DNA of 63,075 nucleotides, counting the filler, from Octopus bimaculoides (Eukaryota), in NCBI RefSeq assembly GCF_001194135.2. It is 5 parts of 5 records of this genome, joined end to end, with 100 filler letters (N's around TTAATTAATTAA, not from the genome) between each part and the next. Parts side by side here need not be neighbours in the genome. Positions count along the whole stretch, not along the records: positions 1 to 31,077 come from NC_069009.1; 4 more parts are not named here. One strand, written 5' to 3'. Under the pieces are notes generated by a model that did no database searches, was not told the origin of the DNA, and was given only the letters and a program-made list of their open reading frames with translations. The position numbers and the translations under genes are program-made. Below, in pieces: positions 1-11,469 of the stretch (position 1 is the first letter of the stretch; each line of letters starts with the position of its first letter).

Positions 1-325
1 GCCACAGCCAAATGACTGAAACAAGTAAAAGATAAAAGACATTCTTCTACTTGTTTCAGTCATTTGTGGCCATGCAGGACTCCATCGGTCACTTTTGTCA
101 AACCGCTAAGTTACAGGGTCATATATACACCAACACCAGTTGTCAGGTGGTGATGAGGGGTGGTGGACAAACACACACACACATGACAGGCTTCTTTCAG
201 TTTCCGTCTACCAAATCCACTCACAAGGTTTTGGTCAGCCCAAGGCTATAGTAGAAGACACTTGTCTGAGGTAGCATGCAGTGGGACTGAACCCAGAACC
301 CTGTGGTTGGGAAGTATATATGTAT

Positions 326-558
326 AGGGTGGCAAGCTGTCAGAATCATTAGCACGCTGGGTGAAATGCTTAGAGTTATTTCGTCTGCCGTTACATTCTG
401 AGTTCAAATTCCACTGCGGTCGACTTTGCCTTTCATCCTTTTGGGGTTGATTAAATAAGTACCAGTTACGTACTGCGGTCAATGTAATCAAATTAATCCC
501 TTTGTCTGTCCTTGTTTGTCCCCTCTGTGTTTAGCCCCTTGTGGGCAATAAAGAAATA
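326..558 (+). mobile_element. SINE family S2 (gagctggcagaatcgttagc...ctgagttcaaattcc...gtcgactttgcctttcatcc)
   Basis: Internal B-box-like GAGTTCAAATTCC. Copies at about 21085-21290(-), 31845-32460 (three in tandem), 36615-36845, 39360-39630(-), 40155-40600 (two), 42460-42675(-), 55020-55170(-). Confidence 0.8.
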
Positions 559-978
559 TGTATATATGTATATTGAAGTTGCATGGCTTAATGGTTAGGG
601 TATTACACTCTTGATTGTGAGATCTTGGGTTTGATTCCCAGACCAAGCATTGCATTGTGTTCTTGAGCAAAGCACTTTATTTCAGGTTGCTCCGTGGTCA
701 TTTCGACATCTGACATGTGGCATATGGTGCACCTGTACAAGTAATGTCAATCTGATAGAGGGAGAGAGCTTGTGTGCACAGAAACATTTGATCCCAATAA
801 GGAAATCGTATGTGAGGTTGTTTGGCAAGAAATTGCCGAACCCTCAAACAGGAGTTTCAGTTGTTGGTTGGGAGAGGGAGGTACAAGACTGAGCAGTGGA
901 GGAAACTGTGGAAGAGATAGACCCAGGAAGACCTGGGATGGGGTTAGGGTTATATGGATGTATGTTAGTATTTATATG

Positions 979-1013
<35 letters not shown>

Positions 1014-1839
1014 NNNNNNNNNNNNNNNNNNNNNNNNNNNNNNNNNNNNNNNNNNNNNNNNNNNNNNNNNNNNNNNNNNNNNNNNNNNNNNNNNNNNNNN
1101 NNNNNNNNNNNNNNNNNNNNNNNNNNNNNNNNNNNNNNNNNNNNNNNNNNNNNNNNNNNNNNNNNNNNNNNNNNNNNNNNNNNNNNNNNNNNNNNNNNNN
1201 NNNNNNNNNNNNNNNNNNNNNNNNNNNNNNNNNNNNNNNNNNNNNNNNNNNNNNNNNNNNNNNNNNNNNNNNNNNNNNNNNNNNNNNNNNNNNNNNNNNN
1301 NNNNNNNNNNNNNNNNNNNNNNNNNNNNNNNNNNNNNNNNNNNNNNNNNNNNNNNNNNNNNNNNNNNNNNNNNNNNNNNNNNNNNNNNNNNNNNNNNNNN
1401 NNNNNNNNNNNNNNNNNNNNNNNNNNNNNNNNNNNNNNNNNNNNNNNNNNNNNNNNNNNNNNNNNNNNNNNNNNNNNNNNNNNNNNNNNNNNNNNNNNNN
1501 NNNNNNNNNNNNNNNNNNNNNNNNNNNNNNNNNNNNNNNNNNNNNNNNNNNNNNNNNNNNNNNNNNNNNNNNNNNNNNNNNNNNNNNNNNNNNNNNNNNN
1601 NNNNNNNNNNNNNNNNNNNNNNNNNNNNNNNNNNNNNNNNNNNNNNNNNNNNNNNNNNNNNNNNNNNNNNNNNNNNNNNNNNNNNNNNNNNNNNNNNNNN
1701 NNNNNNNNNNNNNNNNNNNNNNNNNNNNNNNNNNNNNNNNNNNNNNNNNNNNNNNNNNNNNNNNNNNNNNNNNNNNNNNNNNNNNNNNNNNNNNNNNNNN
1801 NNNNNNNNNNNNNNNNNNNTATGTATGTGTGTGTATATG

Positions 1840-2040
1840 TTTGTATGTCTGTAGTTGTCCCCCCAACTTCGCTTGACAACCGATGGTGGTGTGTTTACGT
1901 CCCCGTAACTTAGCGGTTCGGCAAAAAGAGACCGATAGAATAAGTACTAGGCTTACAAAGAATAAGTCCTGGGGTCGATTTGCTCGACTAAAGGCGGTGC
2001 CCCAGCATGGCCACAGTCAAATGACTGAAAGAAGTAAAAG
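1840..2040 (+). mobile_element. SINE tail module B, well-preserved copy
   Basis: Near-identical to 8560-8758. Other copies at about 46-175(-), 10700-10900(-), 19135-19310(-), 19840-20045, 41105-41280, 48215-48400(-), 58910-59025(-), 61525-61730(-). Confidence 0.85.
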
Positions 2041-2050
2041 AGTATATGTA

Positions 2051-2089
<39 letters not shown>

Positions 2090-3647
2090 GTGCATGTATA
2101 TGTGTATGTGTAAAAGAGTTAGTGGTTATAGTAACTGACTGAGGGATAAAATATCCGTATATACTATTGGTATCCGTTATCTGTATTATCCCCAAGCATT
2201 GGTGTGCAGGGACACTATGCACGTAGAGTGCAGGTAACAACAGGACAAACAAGAGTTTAATAGGAACCAATGTAAATAATTAGAAAATGGAGAAAACCCA
2301 AAGATTAACGAACACAATGATTGGACCACATTCATAGCTTATTTTTTAATACAAAGCATGACAGACCAAATAGGTGATGTAACAAATCTCACAGCCATTT
2401 CTGCATCCATTGCCAAACGCTGTCTGTAAATAATTGCGAAAATAAAATTCTTCATGTACATAGGACATTCGAATTCAGGCAATGGAGCTTCATCAGAATA
2501 AAGAACAAGAGCATACAACATAAATAAAGGGAAGGAGGAATAGGGAAGAAGACATGGCTTAGACAAAAAGTCTAGAATCCCAATCATCATCATCATCATC
2601 GTCATCGTCGTTTAACGTCCGCTTTCCATGCTAGCATGGGTTGCACGATTTGACTGAGGACTGGTGGACCAGATGGCTACACCAGGCTCCAATCTGATTT
2701 GGCAGAGTTTCTACAGCTGGATGCCCTTCCTAACGCCAACCACTCCGAGAGTGTAGTGGGTGCTTTTACGTGCCACTGGCACAAAGGCCAGTCAGGAGGT
2801 ACTGGCGACGGCCACGCTNNNNNNNNNNNNNNNNNNNNNNNNNNNNNNNNNNNNNNNNNNNNNNNNNNNNNNNNNNNNNNNNNNNNNNNNNNNNNNNNNN
2901 NNNNNNNNNNNNNNNNNNNNNNNNNNNNNNNNNNNNNNNNNNNNNNNNNNNNNNNNNNNNNNNNNNNNNNNNNNNNNNNNNNNNNNNNNNNNNNNNNNNN
3001 NNNNNNNNNNNNNNNNNNNNNNNNNNNNNNNNNNNNNNNNNNNNNNNNNNNNNNNNNNNNNNNNNNNNNNNNNNNNNNNNNNNNNNNNNNNNNNNNNNNN
3101 NNNNNNNNNNNNNNNNNNNNNNNNNNNNNNNNNNNNNNNNNNNNNNNNNNNNNNNNNNNNNNNNNNNNNNNNNNNNNNNNNNNNNNNNNNNNNNNNNNNN
3201 NNNNNNNNNNNNNNNNNNNNNNNNNNNNNNNNNNNNNNNNNNNNNNNNNNNNNNNNNNNNNNNNNNNNNNNNNNNNNNNNNNNNNNNNNNNNNNNNNNNN
3301 NNNNNNNNNNNNNNNNNNNNNNNNNNNNNNNNNNNNNNNNNNNNNNNNNNNNNNNNNNNNNNNNNNNNNNNNNNNNNNNNNNNNNNNNNNNNNNNNNNNN
3401 NNNNNNNNNNNNNNNNNNNNNNNNNNNNNNNNNNNNNNNNNNNNNNNNNNNNNNNNNNNNNNNNNNNNNNNNNNNNNNNNNNNNNNNNNNNNNNNNNNNN
3501 NNNNNNNNNNNNNNNNNNNNNNNNNNNNNNNNNNNNNNNNNNNNNNNNNNNNNNNNNNNNNNNNNNNNNNNNNNNNNNNNNNNNNNNNNNNNNNNNNNNN
3601 NNNNNNNNNNNNNNNNNNNNNNNNNNNNNNNNNNNNNNNNNNNNNAT

Positions 3648-5400
3648 AAGGAAGAATTTAGTAAATTTTATCATTATTAAGCTGAGGTTTGGAATGTAAA
3701 TTAACCTGAAATTTTGATGGAAGGATTTAATTTAGATCACCTTAAATCTTACGTTACCATAGGAGAGTATTGTAGTTCACTTGAAGCATTGTGTATTGTT
3801 TCTAAAGAATAAAAAGTTTTGAATGGTACAACAGTGCACTATAATACAAAAATGGACTATATACCTGTTGTAATTTAGTTATCTATAGTCCGATGATATT
3901 TCGGAATACAATTTCTTCTTCAGACTATGGATAACTAAATTACAACAGGTAGATAGTCCATTTTTTGTATTATAGTGCATTGTTGTACCATTCAAAACTT
4001 CTTATTCTTTGTGTTACCATAACTGAAATCCACCACCTTTCTTTCAGTTAATTTTAAAAATAACTAAGAAATTTAGTAAAATAACTTTGTCATTACTAAA
4101 ATGGTGTTTGGAACATTAAAAGGAAATTTTGAATGAAGGTTTTAATTGAGATCACTTGAACCCTTTTGTTAGCATATATGTATTGAAGTATAATGCTTTT
4201 GTTTCAATTAATTTTGAAAATGAGGAAGAATTTTGTAAAATAACTTTCTCATTAATAAGCTGGAATTTTGAACAGACAAACTTGAAAATGTGAGGGAAAA
4301 AGATTTTTAGATTTGTCTTACCCTTTCGTTGCCGTATTTCTATAGAAATACGCTACCTTAATTTGAAGTGATTTTGAAAATAACAAAGAATTTAGTAAAA
4401 TAACTTTGCTGTTATCAAGCTGGTACTTAGAATATAATTTAACTTGAGATTTTGATGGATGGTTTTAATTTAGATCTCTTTAAAACAGGAAGTTTGTATC
4501 ATGGAACCCTGATTGCTCTCTGGCAGTTTGGTGTCGATGGAAGATAATGAAGGAATTAGTAAAAGAACTTTGTCATTATTGAGTTGGTGTTGGAACAAAA
4601 TTAACATGACACTTTGATGAAAGGTTTTAATTAAGATCACTATAAAACAGCAAGTTTGTATCATAGAACCAGGAGAATTGTTGTCTAAGACAGGTTGATA
4701 TCAAAAGGGCCAACATTTTTGTGGCCATACTTCTGTTGCAATATGCTGTCTTTGTTTCAATTAATTTTGGAAACAAGGAAATTTAGTGCAGTAAGTTTGT
4801 TGTTTGGAAACAAAATTAACATGAAATTTTGATGGAAGATTTTAATTTAGATTATTTCAAACGTTTTGTTGCCATTTTTCTGTTGAAGGAAAACGTGAAC
4901 TTTTGTGTCATAGAACCAGGTTGGTATGAAAAGGGTGAAAAACTTACAATTCTCATAAATTATGAGATAAAATATTGTTGCTTTCAAAGGTTCATCATTT
5001 TAAACACTNNNNNNNNNNNNNNNNNNNNNNNNNNNNNNNNNNNNNNNNNNNNNNNNNNNNNNNNNNNNNNNNNNNNNNNNNNNNNNNNNNNNNNNNNNNN
5101 NNNNNNNNNNNNNNNNNNNNNNNNNNNNNNNNNNNNNNNNNNNNNNNNNNNNNNNNNNNNNNNNNNNNNAAGTTTGTATCATAGAACCAGGTTGGTATGA
5201 AAAGGGTGAAAAACTTACAATTCTCATAAATTATGAGATAAAATATTGTTGCTTTCAAAGGTTCATCATTTTAAACACTTGGTTGGAATAACAAAACTAA
5301 AATTATTTACCAAGAAAAAAAAACCCGAAAAAGGAATTTATACAGAAATTAATTGAAACCCAAATTTGTCTCAAATTCTTAATCATCTCTTTCTCTCTCT
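3648..5400 (+). repeat. Tandem array of an about 160-bp interspersed-repeat unit (at least six copies)
   Basis: The block aagaatttagtaaaataactttgtcatt...aaattttgatggaaggttttaatttagatcac recurs at about 3654, 4067, 4226, 4386, 4551 and 4777; a partial copy lies at about 22050-22150. Confidence 0.75.
3804..4010. mobile_element. Fold-back element family A (about 87-bp arms) with a hammerhead-like motif at the apex
   Basis: Arms 3804-3890 and 3924-4010 are near-perfect inverted repeats. The minus-strand spacer reads CTGAAGA-A-gaaattgtattcc-GAAA-tatca-TC. A one-armed copy lies at 23305-23426. Confidence 0.75.
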
Positions 5401-5629
5401 CTTTTTTCTTTTTGTATTTTTGTTTTGAATTTATAACAGAAGGTTAGTTTCTAGGAAAATAATAGAAATACGATTCTGAGATGACTGTTTGTGTATGGCC
5501 GGAAAGGAAATAAAAGAAAAAAAGAGAACAATATTGTAAGTCACCTGACCTTTTAGAGTGTGGCTTCAAAAATCTGGAGTCTTTGGGAAATGTTTCTGGT
5601 ACATATATATATACACATATATATACATA

Positions 5630-6152
5630 CAGGGTATCTCAGTGTTATCTATCTATTTCAATGAGAGTGGACAAATTTTTAAAAAGCTGACAGAATTTTA
5701 TGTTTGTTTCTTAATTCTGTTACTAAAACAAATAGATTTATAAGTCATGCATCATGACTTTATTGGAAATTTTCAACATGTACTCCGTCTGAATCCGTGC
5801 ATATTTGATATCTACCATTAGCATTGCAAAACACATTTTGAAGCATTTCAGGAGTTAGCTCTTGCATGGCTAACTGAATGCGTTCTTTAAGCTCAGCTAA
5901 TTTGTTGCTCCATCTTTGGGATGGTGGTAGAGAAAATAATTGCATCCAAATTGATGAAAAGCTGTTGTGGTCAGATAAGTGGGATCCAACAGGAATGAAA
6001 ATAAAATTATAAAAATAATTATAAAAATCATATTCTGAACGAAATAAAAAAATTATACACTTTTAACACATATTAAGCATGATAAACATAAATAAAAGTG
6101 AGTTTTTAAAAGAATTGTCCCATTTCACTGAAATAGTTAATTCTGGCACAGC

Positions 6153-6155
<3 letters not shown>
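5630..6155 (-). mobile_element. Tc1/mariner-superfamily deletion derivative with transposase C-terminal remnant
   Basis: TA-flanked degenerate TIRs (CAGGGT...CTATTTCAATGA..GGACAA vs CAGGCT...CTATTTCAGTGA..GGACAA). Minus-strand ORF reads LAELKERIQLAMQELTPEMLQNVF.NANGRYQIC.DSDGVHVE. Confidence 0.7.
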
Positions 6156-6212
<57 letters not shown>

Positions 6213-7301
6213 TTTTAAGCAGTTAAGTATATGTCTGGTGAAAGAGTGGCCAATGGTTTTGCATCCATATGGACTTAGCCCTGTGGATAACTAATCAGGC
6301 CCTTATGCTGGAGGGCATATATTTCTTGAAACTGGAACTAGAACACACCAATATCAGCAGCACCAGCAAAGCGACCAGTCCCATTCCCAGTATTATCAAT
6401 GATGGCAGCCAGAACACCATCAGCGACAGCAGCAGCAACACCAGCACTATGGCCAGGGATCACCACCACAATGACAAAAGCCACAGCACCATCACCAGAC
6501 CGATGCTTCATAATAATAGCAGCAGCAACAACAACAACACATGCAGGTCTGGGGGCCAATAGAAGAGGCACCAGAGGTGTGAACAGAAGTAGAACTCAAG
6601 TTTGGAGATCTATCGAGTCAGCCAGAACTACCTTTAAGTAGCACCTGTACAACCACAGGTCGTCTTTTAAACTGCCAGAAAAACATTACGTCACATCCCA
6701 GGTTGGCCACGTATTGCACCCTAAGGATGAAGGAACTCCATAGGAAATTAAATGGAGGACCGTAGAGCAGCCAGTATCCTACATTAACAGGAACAGATGA
6801 TGCAAGCTTTGCATAGCAGAGTGAGCAAGTAACTTCAAAAACTCCTGTTATCCAGAATTACTGTTAAATTCCCGACACGATATTTATAGTCTCTGCCTTT
6901 TCTTCAAACACTACCTCTTGCAAGTTTGGGATTTGCCATTCATTGAATCCAACAAGAAAAAGAAGCCCTTTTGGGCTAGAAGCAGCCTGAGGCCAGAGGT
7001 TCCCCATTCGCCACTTCAACCCATATGGACTGCCAACTGAACTGGAAATAACTCGCCCTTGCTGACCCATGAGATGTATTTTTTGTTTACTACTAACTAA
7101 CCATAATGGATTTCTACCTCCAGTTTGAAGAGTTATATGCCCTCTGCCATTACGATCTGACAAGTCGTCCATGGGGCTAAGCCCTTTATGGATGCAAAAC
7201 CATTGGTTACTCTATGATCAGACATAGACTTAACTATTCATAAATACATTATTGCTCTATGGTTTAGAGGAGTATGCTTCTTTTTTGAATATCATACACT
7301 G

Positions 7302-7339
<38 letters not shown>

Positions 7340-7354
7340 TAGATATATATATAT

Positions 7355-7449
7355 ATAATTAAGGGATCAGCAAATATTTGCTTCACCATATACCGAAGTT
7401 CTGAACTTCGGTATATGGTGAAGCAAATATCTGCTGATCCCTTAATTAT
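7355..7449. repeat. Near-perfect 95-bp palindrome (47-bp arms, 1 mismatch, 1-nt centre)
   Basis: ataattaagggatcagcaaatatttgcttcaccatataccgaagttc-t-gaacttcggtatatggtgaagcaaatatctgctgatcccttaattat. Confidence 0.92.
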
Positions 7450-7585
7450 ATTTATAAATATATATGAGCTTTTAAATAAGTTCTCCACCAATAATGGTGC
7501 TTTCATACCGATGGGCTTGGTAAAAATTATTAATTGTTAATTGATTTATTAATTAATAAATTGATAATCCTTTACCCTTTTAATT

Positions 7586-7632
<47 letters not shown>

Positions 7633-8337
7633 CCTTCTGATTTAACCATTCATGTTTCAGTGGGGAAAAAATGTATTGTTGTGAAGGACTTAGTCTTATC
7701 GGGTTTGGCCCAAAATTCTGTGGACCCACTGGAGATTTTTCGTGGTTGTATAGTTAAGAAGTTTGCTTCTCAACCACAAAGTACTGGGTTCAGTTTCACT
7801 GTGTGGCACCTCAGTCAAGTGTCTAAACCCTTGTGAGTGGATTTGGTAGATGGAAACTGAAGGAAGACTGATATATATATATATATATATATATCAAGCT
7901 TCCTTTAGTTTCCATCTGCCAAATATATATAGTTATATTCCATCTACCAAAGATAGAGCCATATTTGGGTAAAAAAAAAAAACTTATAGAATGCTGTGTA
8001 AAGCTTGTCCACAGTTATTGGCTACCTGAGGTCATCATAAAGGATGCACATGCTACTGGATTTCTTCAAGAATATTTCTCAGTGTGTGTGTGTGTGTAAA
8101 TATAAGCTTTATATGAGGGTTAACAAGGTTACCAATGGTTTCATGTATTCTCATCCAAGATGGAGACAAGTGCCGAAATTCCCATGTTAGAGGCTTGACA
8201 GTTGTTGAGAGATAACTTTTGACATAAAACCAATAGTAGACTTGTTGACCCACAAATAAAGAATATTTATCCACCAATGCAGTGTTGAGCATTCGTTCTC
8301 ATTGTTCAGTATTAGCCTCTATATATATAAAAAGGCA

Positions 8338-8480
8338 CAGGAGTGGCTGTGTTACCAGCCACATGGTTCCGGGTTCATTCCCACTGCGTGGCACCTTGGG
8401 CAAGTGTCTTCTACTATAGCCTCGGGTTGACCAAAGCCTTGTGAGTGGATTTGGTAGACGGAAACTGAAAGAAGCTTGTC

Positions 8481-8549
<69 letters not shown>

Positions 8550-8758
8550 TATATATGTTTGTGTATCTGTGTTTGTCGCCCCAATATTGCTTGACAACCG
8601 ATGGTGGTGTGTTTACGTCCCCGTAACTTAGCGGTTCGGCAAAAGAGGCCGATAGAATAAGTACTAAGCTTACACAGAATAAGTCCTGGGGTCAATTTGC
8701 TCGACTAAAGACAGTGTTCCAGCATGGCTGCAGTCAAATGACTGAAATAAGTGAAAAA
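8338..8758 (+). mobile_element. Composite SINE: tRNA-like head module S1, (TA)n, then tail module B
   Basis: ggagtggctgtg...ggttcattccc...ccttgggcaagtgtcttctactatagcc...ggaaactgaaagaag, (TA)n, then cttgacaaccgatggtggtgtgtttacgtccccgtaacttagcggttcggc...tgactgaaataag. S1 copies also at about 186-315(-), 7740-7870, 10983-11135(-), 18955-19112, 19630-19800(-), 20080-20222, 22199-22356, 30739-30898, 43684-43825, 48420-48580(-), 61765-61850(-). Confidence 0.85.
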
Positions 8759-8790
8759 GAAAAAAAAAGAGAAATATATATATATATATA

Positions 8791-9591
8791 CGAAGTCTGA
8801 TCAATAAGTATCCGGACTGTTGTCATAGTAACAAAGCTAAAGCACGCAGAGTGAAGCTGCTTGGCAAAGATTGACCTTGAAATCTGCTGTGCATGCACAC
8901 TAAGTTTTAACGCTCTTGCTCATTTCCGCTGTTTACAGCAGTGCTTGGAAGGAAGGTATGTAGAAGGAAGGTGCTTGGAAGCAAGGCCTACGCAAAGTTG
9001 CCGAAAGTGTATGGAGAGGGGTGTATGAGCTGCACTCAAGTCTATGAGTGGTTCAGACGTTTTCAAGATGGCCAAAAAAATGTTGATATTGATGGATGTT
9101 CTGGGAGACACACAGTCAGCAGAACTGAGAGAAACATCACAGACATGCATGCAGCTGTGAGAGGAAATTGTCCAATCACCATCTGTAAGTTATCAGAGCC
9201 AAAATTCCCGTATTTAGTTATGGTTCAGTTCAGTCCATTTTCACTGAAGATTTGGGTTTGGGTTTGGGTATGAGATGCATGTCTGCCAAGCTTGTGTCAA
9301 AACTGCTTTCTGTTGACCAAGAAAACACTCCGGGTTTCAGTTGCACAAGATCTTGATTGTGTCAAGAATGATGAAAACTTTTGGAAAGGTACTGCCAAGC
9401 TTTTGGGAAAATTTGATGCAGATTCTCTGCTCAACTTTCTCTGTGCCATGGTCAGTGCGATGATCATATGCTACACATCTTCCTCCCAAGCACTGCTGTA
9501 AACAGCAGAAGTGAGCTAGAACATAAAGGTCAAACTGTGCTTTAGCTTCATTACTATGGCAAAAGTCCAGATACTTATTGGTCAGACCACA
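8791..9591 (+). mobile_element. Internally deleted mariner element (N-terminal HTH remnant)
   Basis: About 55-bp imperfect TIRs (cgaagtctgatcaataagtatccggact...aagctaaagcac and its inverse), flanked by TA. ORF 8941-9273 contains YAKL.KVYGE.CMS.TQVYEWFRRFQDG...D..SGR, a mariner transposase HTH pattern. Confidence 0.88.
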
Positions 9592-10927
9592 TATATAATC
9601 ATGTGATTGGCAAGACTACTGGATACTTTTATACATCACCACTGATCACAATGTACTTTGTATTGTTTTAGCTTTTGAGTGATGTCACTCTGCTGGCTGA
9701 GAGAGCCGGCGAACATTCCCCCTGATTGGAAGGTTAGTCCATTGCAGGGTGACCCATTTGCAGCTGCATGGACTGGAGCAACATGAAATGAAGTGTCTTG
9801 CTCAAGAACACAATGTGCCACTTGGTCTAGGAATTGAACCCATGATCTAGTGATCATGTGTACACCACCCTAACCCTTGGGACATCCAACGTCACACACT
9901 TGTATATAGGTATGTTGAAGCACCCACTACACTCTCGTTAGGAAGGGCATCCAGCTGTAGAAACTCTGCCAGATCAGATTGGAGTCTGGTGTAACCATCT
10001 GGTTTGCCAGTCCCCAGTCAAATCGTCCAACCCATGCTAGCATGAAAAGCAGAAGTTAAACGACGATGATGATGATANNNNNNNNNNNNNNNNNNNNNNN
10101 NNNNNNNNNNNNNNNNNNNNNNNNNNNNNNNNNNNNNNNNNNNNNNNNNNNNNNNNNNNNNNNNNNNNNNNNNNNNNNNNNNNNNNNNNNNNNNNNNNNN
10201 NNNNNNNNNNCTCTCGTTAGGAAGGGCATCCAGCTGTAGAAACTCTGCCAGATCAGATTGGAGTCTGGTGTAACCATCTGGTTTGCCAGTCCCCAGTCAA
10301 ATCGTCCAACCCATGCTAGCATGAAAAGCAGAAGTTAAACGACGATGATGATGATATATATAGTCACTGATTTTGCAGCAAGCAAAAATGCTAGTTCTAA
10401 AATCTCTCTAAGAGATCAACGCAGTCGTTGTACCAATAAGTAATATTCGTAGCCACTTTAACATGGCTGTCTGTTCGAGCGGACTCTACTGTGATTTTTT
10501 TAACCCCAAGAGGACATCTCCTCTGAGGTGGTTAACAAAGCACAGCTGCAACCGATAAAATTGCGAGCAGGGGAGTGAACTCCTGTCATCCCTTAGCGAC
10601 GAGACCAGTAGATCAGTCCTGGTTTCAGGCTATTTCTACCACTCCTCAGTACTGGACACATCGTCTGCTAGGGGATGTAGGGGTTTGCTCTCCTGTTTTA
10701 TCTTTTACTTGTTTCAGTAATTAGACTGCGGCCATCTTGGGGCACCACAATGAATTTTTTTTAGTTGAATGTATCGACCCCAGTACTATTTTCTTTAAAC
10801 CTGGTTCTTATTCTATTGATCTCTCTTGCTGAACTGCTAAGTTAAGGAGGCATAAACACACAAACACTGGTTTTCAAACAGTGGAGGGAAGTGGGGAACA
10901 AACACAGATATACATACATATGTGCAT

Positions 10928-10983
<56 letters not shown>

Positions 10984-11203
10984 GATGGGCTTCTTTCAGT
11001 TTCTGTTTACCAAATCCACTCACAAGGCTTTGGTCATGCTGCGGCTACAGTAGAAGACACTTGGCCAAGGTACTGTGCAGTGGGACGGAACCCAGAACCA
11101 TGTGGTTGGAAAGCTAGCTTACTACCACACAACCATGTCTGCATCTATGCTCACATACATACGAACACATGTCTATACACACACACACACATATATGCAT
11201 GTA

Positions 11204-11241
<38 letters not shown>

Positions 11242-11469
11242 TCAAAAGGAGTACTCAGTACATGCTATAGAGTATATAGCTGCTATTAAGTGATTGTACA
11301 TATTTGTCTTGGTGTAAAAGAGGGGCTGCAGCATATATTCTGCTCAATATCACAGATTTGCTTGTCAGTTGTTCAACCATAACCATTTGAGCATGTCTAT
11401 TTGTGGCTGACAATGTGTGTATCTCTGATCACAAGCAGGAATAGCTAAAGAGATTGTAATTATTTATAT

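Noticed and set aside
772-3699. Long ORFs of 300+ aa (also at 22.1, 23.4, 26.7, 38.4, 44.3 and 57.1 kb)
   Set aside because: They run through N gaps and (TA)n tracts; poly-X artefacts.
9933-10356. Direct repeats flanking gaps (9933-10076 vs 10211-10356; also 4901-5008 vs 5170-5278)
   Set aside because: Identical sequence on both sides of an N run; assembly overlap artefact.
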